DNA of 53,611 nucleotides, counting the filler, from Asterionella formosa (taxonomy: Eukaryota): the NCBI GenBank assembly GCA_002256025.1. It is 4 parts of 4 records of this genome, joined end to end, with 100 filler letters (N's around TTAATTAATTAA, not from the genome) between each part and the next. Parts side by side here need not be neighbours in the genome. Positions count along the whole stretch, not along the records: positions 1 to 13,336 come from NKIB01006774.1; 3 more parts are not named here. One strand, 5' to 3'. Within the stretch, counting starts at the first letter, position 1; every line of letters starts with the position of its first letter. A model generated the notes under the pieces. It saw only the letters and a list, made by a program, of their open reading frames with translations. It was not told where the DNA came from and did no database searches. Shown here piece after piece: positions 1 to 11,890 of this stretch. Position numbers and translations under genes: made by a program.

Positions 1-889
1 ATTATGCTGCTCCGCTGCAATATTATGCTGCTTTCACCATATTATAAACTAAAGAGTCGCCAATTCCGATTCACTTATTATTTTTTCTGCTCCGACATAT
101 TTCTTTGATCTCAACTGGCAAATAACAACACATGCAAGAGGAAGATTCACACAGTAGAATTCAGTACACGTAGTAGTAGTTGATGTTGTAGACACATTGT
201 TTAGTCATTGTTGATTGTAGAGATTACAATACTAGCCTACCAGATTAGAAATGAAGCACCGTTGGTCCTCGTTGAGCATCATTGAGCATTGCATGTCTCC
301 GTAGTGAGTCGAAATTGAGATGTGCCACAATGGCCTTCTCCGTTTCGGGGCAGCTACAAAAATCTACAGCGATAACTCTAGCAAGTACAATGTAGAAAAA
401 GAAGGAAAGGATGAGTAGCTGACAACAATTTAATTCGTAAAATTGTTCAGAAACAGCTGTTGCATATTTTAACATTCAATGCATGTCGCCGTCGTGAATA
501 AAAATTGAGATGTGCTGCAATGGCCGTCTCCTTTCCAATTGGCTAGATTACATATATATTCTTAACTGTAGCAATAAAAAATTGGTCGTAAAGGCAAGGG
601 CCAAGGAGATGAGGACTAACTTCATTGAATTCAACCAATCCATAGCTAACCTGTATTTTTCGCAATATTTTGCACTTTTTCTGCACACCACCAGTCAATG
701 CACTCCGAAAATACTTGCTGATGTCTGATTTGACCAATAAAACTCTTAGCAGTTTAGTAGATTGATGCAATGTGGTAGAAAATAATAGCTTTGAGTTTTG
801 GTGCGCCCCTGCTGATGAAATAACTATCATCACGGCATACTAGCACATCCTATGGTAGTAAATCAAAAATGAGAAGTGCCACAATCGCC

Positions 890-3230
890 ATCTGCACATC
901 CTGATGTCTCCTCTGATCAATATATGTTCATTATGAGTATATCGACATTCGCCTGGAAGGCATTGATCTTTTGTACATCGAATACTATGCTGGATAGAAA
1001 TCAGCCTTAAATTGGTGGAGAAAGATGGTTTTGAACACTGGTCATGCAGTAGTCCACAAGAACCGAAATTATACACATCCTGATGACTAATTTGATCAAT
1101 ATATGTTCGTTTTGAGAATTTCGATATTCGGAATGACGGCAATGATCTCGTGTACATTGAATACTTTGCTGGATATAAATCGGCCATATATTGGTGGAGA
1201 AAGATTGTTTGGAATTTTTTAACGACAGCACTGATGTTCAGTCCACAGCAAGCACCGAAATTTTACAAACCTTCCTGATGACCAATTTGATCAATATATG
1301 TTCATTCTGAAAATATCGACATTCACCACGAAGGCATTGATCTCGTGGACATCTAATGCTAAGTTGGATAAAAGTCGGCTTTAAATTGGTGGAGAAAGGT
1401 GGTTTGGAATTTTTGTTGCCACAGCACTGAGCTAGTATGATCAGTGCACGACAGCAAGCACCGAAAATTTACACACCCTCTTGGCTGATGACCAACTCGA
1501 TTTATATATGTTCGTTCTGAGAATATCGATATTCTAAATGAAGGCAATGATCTTGTGTACATCGAATACTATGCTGGATAGAAATCGGCCTTAAATTGGT
1601 GGAGAAAGATGGTTTGGAATTTTTGTTTCAACAGCACTGGCTAATGATGAGTCCACAAGCACAGTAAATTTACACATCCTGATGTCTCCTTTGATCAATA
1701 TATGTCTGTTCTGAGAGTATCGACATTCGAAATGACAGCAGTGATCTCTTGTACATTGAATACTATGTTTGATAAAAATCGGCTTTCAATTGGTGGAAAA
1801 AGGAGGTTTGGAATTCTTGTTGCCACAGCACTTACAATCAGTCCACAAGCACCAAAAATTCACTTCACACCATCCTGATGGCCAATTTAATCAATATGTG
1901 TTTGTTCTGAGAATCTCGACATTTTCCATGAAGACTCTGATCTCTTGTACATCGATAACTTTGCTTGATAGAAATCTGTCTTAAATTGGTGGAGAAAGAT
2001 TTGGAATACTGGTCATGCAGCAGCTCACAAGAACCGAAATTTTACACATCTTGATGAACAATTTGATCAATATATGTTCATTCTGAGAATATCATTATTC
2101 GAAATGACGGCGCTGATCTCGTGTACATCGAATACTATGCTGGATAAAAATTGGTCTTACATTAGTGGAGAAAGATGGTTTGGAATTTTGGCAACCACAG
2201 CACTGATGTTCAGTTCACAGCAAGCACCGAAATTTTGCACACCATCCTGAGGACCAATTTGATCAATATATGGTCATTCTCAGAATATCGCCATTTGCCA
2301 TGACGGCATTGATCTCGCATACATCGAATACTATGCTAGATAGAAATCAGGCTCAAAATGGTGGAGCATGATGGTTTGGAATTTCCGTTGCAACAGCACT
2401 GGTCATGCAGCAGTCCACAGCAAGCTCCGAAATTTTACACACCATCCTGATGACCAATTTGATCAATATATGTTCGTTCTGAGAATATCGATATTCGGAA
2501 TGATGGCACTGATCTCGAGAACCACGAATACTATGCTGGATAAAAATCGGCCTTAAATTGGTGGAGAAGGACGATGGTTTGGAATTTTTGCAACCACAAC
2601 ACTGATGTTCAGTTCACAGCAAGCACCGAAAATTTACACACCATCCTGATGACCAATTTGATCAATATATGTTCATTCTGAGAATGTCAACAATCGCCAT
2701 GACGGCATTGATATCGCGTATGTCTAATACCATGCTAGATAGAAATCAGCCTTAAATGGTGGAGCAAGATGGTTTGGAATTTCCGTTGCGACAGCACTGG
2801 TCATGCAACGGTCCACAGCAAGCACCGAAAATTTACACACCATCCTGATGACCAATTTGATCAATATATGTTTGTTCTGAGAATAACGACATTCGACATG
2901 ATGGCATGGATCTCGTGTACATCCAATACTATTCTAGATAGAAATCAGCCTTGAAATGTCGGAGCAAGATGGTTTGGAATTTTTGTTGCCACAGCACTTA
3001 CAATCAGTCCACAAGCACCGAAAATTTATTTCACATCCTGATGAATAATTTTGAATATTTGTTCTTAGTATATCGACATTCATTATGATGGCATTGATGT
3101 CGTGTACCTCGAATACTATGATTGATAAAAATTAGAATTACATTGGTGGAGAAAGATGGATTGGAATTTTTGTTGCCACAGCACTGATGATAAGTCCACA
3201 AGCATCCGAAAATTTACACATCCGGATGCC
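890..3230. repeat. Tandem satellite array, about 12-13 units of ~177-212 bp
   Basis: Anchor CATCCTGATG(A/T) recurs at ~897, 1076, 1272, 1485, 1675, 1871, 2047, 2243, 2443, 2642, 2841, 3034 and 3218. Shared blocks are TTTGATCAATATATGTTC, CATCGAATACTATGCTGGATA and TTAAATTGGTGGAGAAAGATGGTTTGGAAT. No reading frame stays open across units. Confidence 0.95.
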
Positions 3231-4017
3231 TCGCCTGCTTGTTGATTGGCGTCAGGAGCAGACGAGGGAATGGGAAAACACCAGAACCAACTGGAGTCGC
3301 CATTGTGCAACAAGAAGCAAGGCCCAAGATAAATGGAAAGCAGAGAGCAAACAGGCAATCGGTGTTGCACAGTGGCATGAAAAACAGTGCTGCTTTGCAC
3401 TGCCAACAAGAACTGCAATGTTACAGCTGTGGACAAGGGTAGTAGAGAGAACAGATATTGTAGTTCGGTTGAGGGGAACCTTATTGGGAATAAAGGTTAA
3501 CTACAATATTTTGTACTGTATGGACGAATAAAACCGGTACTAATTGTGTCCATTTATTCATTTATTTAGGCACGAGTGCGATTATTGGACAGCTTTAACG
3601 TACTATAAGATTTGATTGATAATTTTTTTACTATTCTATTGTCGTTTCGAGTACATGGACGTTAGCACTCACGCATGTACCTAATCTGGTGGCTACGCCG
3701 GCATGGTTCGTACGGCGCATGTACGGAGTGCCATACTCAGTTATTAACACAGGTACCTGGTACATATCATGTAGGGAGTGTGTTGAGAACGGACACAAGG
3801 ACAGGTGGCTGATGTGGCTCGTCAGTTTGTCGGATGGTTGGCTCATCCGTCGCTCGTGTAGAAATACAAGCACATCGTGATCTTCCTTGTCCTCCTTGTT
3901 GACACCAATACACTTTTAAGGTCGGCACGTCGCACCCTTGTTTCAATTCATTCCTCAATTTGCATTCTTTCTTTTCTTGTTCATCTGACTCTGTACCCAG
4001 CATCTCGGACGCTGAAG

Positions 4018-4974
4018 ATGACGCAGCGGCCGATGCTACGGAAGCTGACTCTGCTTATGGTAATCTGGAGGCATCAGGGAACAGACGCCTTCAGCCCATT
4101 TGCAGGAAGAACTGCCCAAGTGCATGCAAGATTTTCTATTCGGCCAACACTTGATTCGGTTGATTACAGATCAAAAGCATCATCCTTGCAGCTTAAGCCG
4201 ATAGGAGATGACAATGAATCCGGCGATGATGATCAATGGGAGGATAAGAAGAAAGTAGACGAACTTGGTTTCTTTGACTCTATCAGAACGTGGTTCGGGT
4301 CAGATGAGGGAAGAGATGATATCCAAACCTACACATGGAGTCTGGCATTTGCTCTTCTTCTTCGATTTTTGATTATTGAACCTCGATACATTCCAAGTCT
4401 CTCCATGTATCCAACCTTTGATGTTGGCGACCAGCTGGCAGTGGAAAAAGTTACAAAAAGGATTCGCCCCTTCAGTCGAAAGGAAGTAGTGGTTTTCAAT
4501 CCTCCACAATCCTTCAGAGAGATAATGGAAGGTCAATTTGGAGGTGATCCGACCGGTAAAAGTAGGGAAGCTTTGATCAAGCGCATCGTTGCTATTGAGG
4601 TAAGATACTTTTTGTGTGCTTTTTCGGTTACATGCCGTTGCTTTTTTTTACCACCTTTTCAATTCAAGGAGGTACTGCTGCTCTTGACTCACTTTTCGAT
4701 TGAAACCTTCCAACAGGGTGACACTGTAAGAGTGACCAAGGGGAGCCTTTATATCAATGGAGAAAGGCAAGATGAACCCTTCACAGCTGAGAAGCCCGAG
4801 TACGAGTTTGGCCCGGTGACAGTACCATTGGGAAGTGTACTTGTGCTGGGCGATAACCGAAACCATAGTCTTGATGGACACATTTGGGGTTTTTTGCCAA
4901 AGGAAAATGTTATTGGACGAGCTGTCTTTATCTACTGGCCTCCATGGCGAATGGGTAACAGCGACTTATTCTAG
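4018..4974 (+). CDS. Plastid (thylakoidal) signal peptidase I, S26A family; exons 4018-4599 and 4717-4974
   Basis: Motifs IPSLSMYPTF (catalytic Ser), LIKRIVA (catalytic Lys) and LGDNRNHSLDGH. Signal peptide followed by TDAF-SPF, an ASAFAP-like cleavage site. GT..AG intron 4600-4716 (117 bp) restores VAIE|GDTV. Confidence 0.92.
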   Translation: MTQRPMLRKLTLLMVIWRHQGTDAFSPFAGRTAQVHARFSIRPTLDSVDYRSKASSLQLKPIGDDNESGDDDQWEDKKKVDELGFFDSIRTWFGSDEGRDDIQTYTWSLAFALLLRFLIIEPRYIPSLSMYPTFDVGDQLAVEKVTKRIRPFSRKEVVVFNPPQSFREIMEGQFGGDPTGKSREALIKRIVAIEVRYFLCAFSVTCRCFFLPPFQFKEVLLLLTHFSIETFQQGDTVRVTKGSLYINGERQDEPFTAEKPEYEFGPVTVPLGSVLVLGDNRNHSLDGHIWGFLPKENVIGRAVFIYWPPWRMGNSDLF

Positions 4975-5222
4975 CCAATATAAATTATGCAACACATAAT
5001 GGAGAAACGCTAGACTAATCACTTCACTGTATCGCTGGACCTGACTACGTATAGATATACTTTTCGATTGTTGCAATCATTCCCTTCAACAGCACAAAAA
5101 CAAGTTATCATTTTTAAGTGGACAAATAGCACGTGACTACCGTTCGTCCCCCAAGTCCAGCTACCGGTATGCAGATCGAGTTGGTCTATAATGTATGTTA
5201 CACTTCTGCTGCAATAATGTGC

Positions 5223-5849
5223 TTAGAAGACACCAAGTCCATCACCGAAAGGGGAAACATGTCCTGCAGCGTATTGCTCGTACATTGTCTGTCCGGTCAT
5301 GCATTCAACAACCATATTTCCGAGAATTCCCATCATAGCAGCACGACCGTTGTTGAGCTCAACATTGAGCTTGCGGGCCTTCTCCTCAGGGTTCTTGACA
5401 TTGTCACCAAACCATCCGACTCCATAGTCTCCGTCGTACTTGGAAGCAGGCATCCATGCGAGCTCAACAAGGGCGAAGAAGAAAAGGATCTGGAGGAGTC
5501 CGGCGGTAGGGACAGCACGAATTCCGTCAACTCCAGTGGGAAGATCAGAAAACTTCAGGTTCTCAGATGGAGACAGGTATCCATCGAAAGTGATGTGGTT
5601 GTTGTGGACAATGCATCCGACAATGGCCATCATGGCAATACGTCCGTGCTTGCGCTCGACAGCGCGACGACGCTCGAACGATTCTGGCTCGTTGTCCAAC
5701 CATCCGAGAGGATCGAAGACACCAAGTGGGGCAGTAGCTCCGAGCTCAAGCTCGTTGACCATATTCAAGGCGGTGGCAGCCTTGCTGGTCTGGACAGGGG
5801 CGAAAGCGGCGGCAGAGCCGACGAAAAGAGCAGCGATGGCGAGCTTCAT
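5223..5849 (-). CDS. Lhcf: Fucoxanthin-chlorophyll a/c binding protein (Lhcf family), 208 aa
   Basis: SAAAFAP presequence, LGVFDPLG, ERKHGRIAMMA (helix 1) and ELNNGRAAMMG (helix 3). Start at MKLAIAAL (ATG 5849). Intronless. Confidence 0.97.
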   Translation of the reverse strand: MKLAIAALFVGSAAAFAPVQTSKAATALNMVNELELGATAPLGVFDPLGWLDNEPESFERRRAVERKHGRIAMMAIVGCIVHNNHITFDGYLSPSENLKFSDLPTGVDGIRAVPTAGLLQILFFFALVELAWMPASKYDGDYGVGWFGDNVKNPEEKARKLNVELNNGRAAMMGILGNMVVECMTGQTMYEQYAAGHVSPFGDGLGVF

Positions 5850-6333
5850 GGTGAGGAATATATTTGATGGACAAAAGTGATCCAAAGAAGCACTGGCGTC
5901 AGTTTGGGCAGGCAGGGATCCTATACATAGTAGGGGTAAACGATTAGTATTCCAACGAGCAAGATTATACCGAAGTAAAGATACACCTCAAGTTGTAAAC
6001 CCTAGCCTTGTGGCTCCGGGCAAGTATTTTTTAGAAAAAACTTGGGTGAAATAACGAAATGCACACCCACTGTTTCGGAGAAAACACACCGAAAAGCGCG
6101 CCAAAAACCGAAAATCAGCCAGCCAAAGAAACGTTTTCAATTCTTGGTTAGCAATTTGTGTCATGTTCTCAACGCTGAAAAGGAATATCAAATAATCTCG
6201 ATTTCACGATGAGGTGGTCCTGAATCTGGACTCTGCCATTAGACATTGGCTTTTATCGACAACGTAATTTGAAGCAGGTATCTGGTAATTATTACAACTA
6301 CCTTTCAGATGCAAGGAAGGTAAGATCAATGGA
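5850..6333. promoter_or_regulatory. Putative bidirectional promoter between Lhcf (minus) and the RTEL1-like gene (plus)
   Basis: 484 bp between divergent start codons. Initiator-like TCACTT on the minus strand at ~5875-5880, just upstream of the Lhcf ATG. Positional inference only. Confidence 0.45.
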
Positions 6334-9300
6334 ATGAAGGCAATCAGACGAACAAAAGATCACGATGGAAAACCAACAGGCAACTCGAGATCTGCTGCAG
6401 CGTCGAGAATACCGACTGGTTCATCACAAGCGACCGCCGTTGATATCAAAGGCACGACAATTCACTTCCCCTTTCAGCCGTACAAATGCCAAGTGGATTA
6501 CATGGAGAAGGTATTGGACGCCTTGAACAATTCGGAAAACGCCTTGCTAGAATCCCCCACTGGAACAGGGAAGACCCTATGCCTCCTCTGTTCTACTTTG
6601 GCATGGCAACGAGAACAAGGACGAGCAATACTTCAAGCGACGCAAGTGACTCAGCATACTTCTGGTGAATCCAACAAAGCTCCCACAGTTCCTACAATAA
6701 TCTATGCTTCCAGAACCCATTCTCAATTATCTCAAGTAGTACGAGAGCTTCGCAATACTCGCTATCGGCCAAAGCATGCGGTGCTTGGTTCCCGCCAGCA
6801 AATGTGTGTTCATCCAAAAGTTAAAACCGCAACAGCCACTGCTGCAGATATTAATCATGATTGCAACCGCCTTGGGAAGGACCGGAAATGCAGATTCAGG
6901 AACAACCTAGATGGATTTAAGGCACCAAGCAATGAGCATGGAGCAAGTCATGATACGCAGCCAGTTTTGGACATGGAAGATTTGGTTTCCATGGGAGAAT
7001 CCTCAAAAGTTTGCCCTTTCTACTACACACGATCCTTGGTAGAGGATGCTGAATTGATTCTGGTGCCGTACAACTATCTCTTTGATAAGGATGCAAGAGA
7101 GTCCACAATGGCTGAGGTGGAATGGGATAATGCAATCGTCATTTTTGATGAAGCTCACAACTTGGAGAGTTTCGCTAGTGAATCTGCATCCTTTGATCTA
7201 TCGAGCGTCGATATTGGTGTCTGTATAATGGAATGCACAAAGGTGGGAAATTACTTACAAGCTCAACCAGAATTGCAAGATCGGGTAAGTTTAGACAATC
7301 TCATCCGTTTAAAGGCTCTGTTTCTCAATTTCGAGGAGTACATTCTACAAAAGATAAGGAGTGACAGAAATGTCTTCAGTGGTGACTTTATGATAGAAAT
7401 ATTCAAGGAAGGAGCATCCATTAATCATGCAAATCACTCTATCTTTGTTAACGAGGTCTGCAAAGTCTCTGACTTACTTATGGACATGCGTTCAAGTAGT
7501 AGCAAAGGCCCAACAAAATTGGAGTTTTTTGTTGGCTGTGTCAAAAGAGTCTTCGGGGAAATCTCAGAAGGTCGATGCATGGCAAAATCTCGAGCATATC
7601 GAGTACACATAACCTCCAAACCCCCTGGCAATAACGGAATGGGCCGTGTCATATCCTATTGGTGCTTTGCGCCGTCGTTGGCCATGCAAGAGCTTTCCAA
7701 TTTGAATATTCGATCCATTATAGTAACGTCAGGTACGCTGTCGCCATTGCAGAGCTATGGCATGGAACTTGGTTTGAACTTCAAGGAGCAATTAGAGAAC
7801 CCGCATATTATTTCTGATAATCAGATACACGTTCGCGTGGTGGGGCAAGGAGTCAGCGGGAAGAATTTGTCGAGTTCCTATGAGCGACGAAGTGATAGCG
7901 AATATGTCACCGAGCTTGGCAACACCTTGGTCGCCCTTGCTCGAATCGTCCCTGCTGGAATGCTTGTCTTCTTTCCAAGTTACAGTGTCATGGACTCGTG
8001 CGTTGAAGGATGGGGAGGACCAGCTTCGCAACGAAAGAATTTCGATAAGAACAAGAAAGAACAAAACAAGTTTTTTGCGGCGAGACAGAGTAAGAAAGGA
8101 AGCAGTGGTCAGTTTTCTTTTCCGTTCGCTCCGAACTACTATAATTCGTCCGATCCCAACGGGAGTATGACACCGTGGAAGCGGTTGCTCTGCCAAAAGT
8201 CTATAATCCTCGAACCCAAATCCACCACAGACCTTCCTGAGGCCATCGCAGACTTTCATCGCTACCTTAATCAATCGAAGTCGACTGGCTGTATTTTGAT
8301 GGGTGTATGTCGAGGAAAGATCAGTGAAGGAATTGATTTTGCTCACGATATGTGTCGTGCCGTTATCGTCACCGGCCTGCCATTTGCTCCATTCTTGGAT
8401 CCAAAGGTAAAGCTGAAACGCGAATACCTTGATGGCATCAGGGCTTTTCAGAGTCTCAAGGCTTCGAATGATGGTGGATTCGGAGGAGGCGACGGTAGTG
8501 CGCTCAGTGCGTCTATTTCAATGTCTGGAGCGGAATGGTATTCGCAGCAAGCACATCGTGCCGTCAACCAAGCGATCGGTCGAGTCATCCGTAATAAGCT
8601 CGATTATGGCGCTGTACTATTGCTCGATTCAAGATTCGGAGATCCAAAAAACACTGATGGGCTAAGTTTGTGGGTAAGAACGCGCGTACAACATGACCAT
8701 GGGTTTGGAAAAGCTATCGGGGGTCTTGTAAAGTTCTACAAAGACGCGAAGTGTACCGTTGATGAGAGAGAAAAGCTCGCCAACGCCGCATCTCGAGCGC
8801 CAAGCGGCATCCGCTTGGCATACGAAGACGATCTGTTTCCCACCACGGTGAAGAATCCTACTGAAGCATTTGAAGCATCAGTGACCAAGATTACCGTAGT
8901 CCAAATGGCTGCGGTCAGCAACAAGGAGATCAACCGAACGGACGACCGTGTCGCATCCAAACGAGGAGTCACAACCGATGACGTCGTTGAAAACGGGTAT
9001 GTTCCCTCAAATCGAGTAATTGTTAGCTATGATCTCCGCGACGCGGATGGTCGTGAACAATCCACGGAAGATCTGCCGCACTCGACCGTGTCAAGGGCGG
9101 AACCGTTGAATCCGGTAGGGTTAGGTGCTCTCTACTCGGCAAAAGCACCATCGTCAACCCGAAATTTATCTTCAGGTAGAAGAAAACAGGATGCAAGAGG
9201 GGGTGGAACCAGTGCTTGGGAGTCGCTCCAATCATCGGCTGCATCATTCGACTCTCAGCGGGATTGCAATACAGCTGAAAAGGGTTCGATAAGGGAACTG

Positions 9301-10765
9301 GATCCATATACGAATGCCCAGGAGTTAGCTCCTCAGCGAACTGTAACAAACGCCAAAGCTTTTTTCGACTTGGTGAAAGGCGCATTATCGTCGGAAGACT
9401 TCGGATCGATTCGCAAAGCCATTGTCGAAATGAAGGCACATGGTGATAAGAAAGATGTTAGATCTTATCTAAGATCAGCAAGTGAAATTATTTCACTGAT
9501 TGTTAAGCAGGATAATTTCGAGACAAGGCAGGGTTCCTCGGAAGCAGGAATGCTCTCTCTTTTTTTTTCATTGCTCCCGAAAGCCTACCGCGAAGATGCT
9601 CAGAAAATTGGCGTCAAGAAGCAACTGGTAATGTCAAATTTCGGTCAAAGTTGCACCTCATTCATCAGAAACATCGAAGAAAGAAAGAAACTGGTCATCG
9701 AAGTCCGTTTGCTGTTGAATGCCATCTATTGCAGCACCGAAGACACACCTGGGGTAATGGCCAGATCGTCGTTTGCTCAAATATGCAAACCTGTAGTTGC
9801 ACTGATCCTTGAGGTGGAAATCGATGCCAACGTCAAAGTAGCGTCCACGAAACAGTTGGTCGAATCCTTCCGGTGGCTACTCCCCTTGTCACTCCATGGA
9901 ACACTAGATGGCATCCTTCGAGATGTTCAGGCGGCCAAGAACATGAAACGAATGAAGGCGGCCGACAAAGCTAGAACTGGTGAAGGTGTAGTCAACACTG
10001 CTAGATTCGTGGTTCCATCAGCGAAGAAACCTCGGCAAGAGGACAAGAAGAATGAAATGCCCGAGGAAATTGAAAATCGACATATGCTAGTAGCTGGATT
10101 AAAGATGGCTCAAGATATTCAGCGGCAGAAACGCGAGCAACTTGAAGCAAGTAAACTTGCAACCAAGAGTCAATATGGGCAGTTGAAGCGAAAGGTAGAT
10201 CTAGCTTTGGCGTCAGTCTCCACGAGCAGTCTCCCAAGCCTAAACCGAGATAAGCTTGCGAATAGTCTCAAGGTCGCTGGCACTGACCATTTTGTGAAAA
10301 ATGTCAGACCTATACCGTCAGAGTCAAAATTAGTTGGCTACAACGCCCCGGAAGGACTAACTTGTCTTGTTTGTGACAGCACGATACGTTTGGTAAGCTA
10401 GTTTAGGGTTATTGAGAAGTCAACAGGAGCCCATGATGTTGTTGTCACGTACAATGTTTTGATATACTTGCGCTTTGACCTAACACTATGTGTTCTCCCG
10501 GTTTCGCAAGCCTTTCATGGCAGATTGCAGACATCTGGCTTGCGCAAGCTGCTGGTCACAATGGCTACAGAAATCATCTACGTGCCCAAAATGCAGATCA
10601 ACTGTAACATCAGGACAGTTAACAAGAGTGGTCTTCAATACACAATTAGACGGATCAAAAGTCCCTACTCTTTCGCAGCTCTGCAAAACGACTCCATCAA
10701 CGAACGACGACGAGCAATCAAGTGATGACGAGCTCGAAGTTATCGGAAGTCAGTATCTAGAATAG
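6334..10765 (+). CDS. RTEL1: RTEL1-like Fe-S DEAH helicase (XPD/RAD3 family) with harmonin-N-like region and C-terminal C3HC4 RING; exons 6334-10392 and 10511-10765
   Basis: Q motif FPFQPYKCQ, Walker A ESPTGTGKT, YASRTHSQLSQ, Fe-S cysteines (MCVHP..DC..KC..CPFY), FDEAHN, CRGKISEGIDF and QAIGRVIR. Intron 10393-10510 joins CLVC..|PFMADCRHLACASC..CPKC into one RING. RTEL1 is preferred over FANCJ from the helical C-terminal region (AKAFFDLVKGALSSEDF). Confidence 0.85.
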
Positions 10766-10997
10766 CAGTACATGACTCCTTTTTATTGCTAGGAACAGCG
10801 AAATAGGTGAGGAGTAACAGTACAAAAACTTGAAACATCAAAAACCTATTTTGAGTTTATAAACATCTTAGCTGGGGATTTGAACCGTATTTTAACATGT
10901 GCTGGTGGGTGGTTCAAGCCTGTTTGTAGCAATAATGTGGTAATGGTAGCGAAGAATACAATGTGCAGGGGAGTATGTTGGAAAGAGGCGCATTTCT

Positions 10998-11890
10998 CTA
11001 AGCGTTTGCTTGCGCAGTCTGCATGACAGGTCCTGTAGCCTCGAATCGAGACTCTCTTTCAGCAATCGAAGTCATGGCCATTGCAAGGAGGTTCAAGCGA
11101 CTGGTCCCCCCAGTTTCTACTTTAATCGCGGGTTTCGCGATAGGAAGTCTCACCGAAACAGGAGAATGACTCATGGGGACAATATGCGTTGCATGAGTCC
11201 ACACACTGGGCATGAAGTAATGTGCGTTCGTGTTGGTTCCCGACGTCAAAGTGACGATGGTGGGATAGGCCGGAGCTTGAATAAGCATTCGCGGGGGCGA
11301 TTGTGACGGCGAGACAGCACGAGACTGCTGCGTATATTCCGTTTGCTGAGGGAGAACGACCTTCAATGATGCATGCTCAGTGTGCACCCCATTGTCGTTG
11401 CGCTTTCGAGCAGCAGCTGAATTACACTTTCGGAGGTCAGAGAGTGTGTCTACTCGACCTCTAGCAAAAGAGGGATGTGCAAACATATCAGTATCGGGGC
11501 CTCTGCGAACTTTCGAGAAGCCGTACTGTGAATATAAACAGTGTTTGGTTAGAATGAAAAAATGTGAACACTTAACAAAACAAAGAACTCAACATTAAAA
11601 GGGGCACTTACTAGGTTCAAATTTCTTTGAAAAGAGCTAAACTTGGATGTTCGAAAGTACTTGGGAAGGATATGGGACGAAAAGAGGGCGACATCAAGGA
11701 TGCGGAAAGCATTGCCAGTGTCTGACCATACGATGATATTCAAGTGGTTGGCATCTGTCGACATCAGCTTGCTTTCACTCTCGAGCATTTCGAATAGTCG
11801 ACGAGGAAACTGTTGGGGCACTCCCCGCTTCCCAGTGCGCGGGTAAGACAAGGAGGTCAATGTCTCGGGAGATTCGGGCATTACAGTCAT
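10998..11890 (-). CDS. HSF: Heat-shock-factor (HSF) family transcription factor, ~268 aa; exons 11890-11612 and 11525-10998
   Basis: HSF DNA-binding domain FPRRLFEML..IVWSDTGNAF..LPKYFRTSKFSSFQRNLNL|YGFSK..FAHPSFARG. An 86-bp GT-AG intron (11526-11611) lies at the conserved LNL/YGF position. Confidence 0.93.

Noticed and set aside
245..890. Short ORFs and a thrice-repeated AAATTGAGATGTGC..CAATGGCC motif (~311, 502, 866)
   Set aside because: Probably a decayed older repeat; too degenerate to define a unit, and no recognisable protein.
890..3230. CRISPR-like array or repeat-protein gene
   Set aside because: Constant part ~170 bp, variable cassettes short and reused, no cas genes, eukaryotic context. 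Unit lengths are not consistently 3n and all frames hit stops.
3187..3531. 114-aa ORF, possibly a LINE 3' tail
   Set aside because: Only vague resemblance; no diagnostic motif.
5133..5867. 244-aa plus-strand ORF
   Set aside because: Antisense shadow of the codon-biased Lhcf gene.
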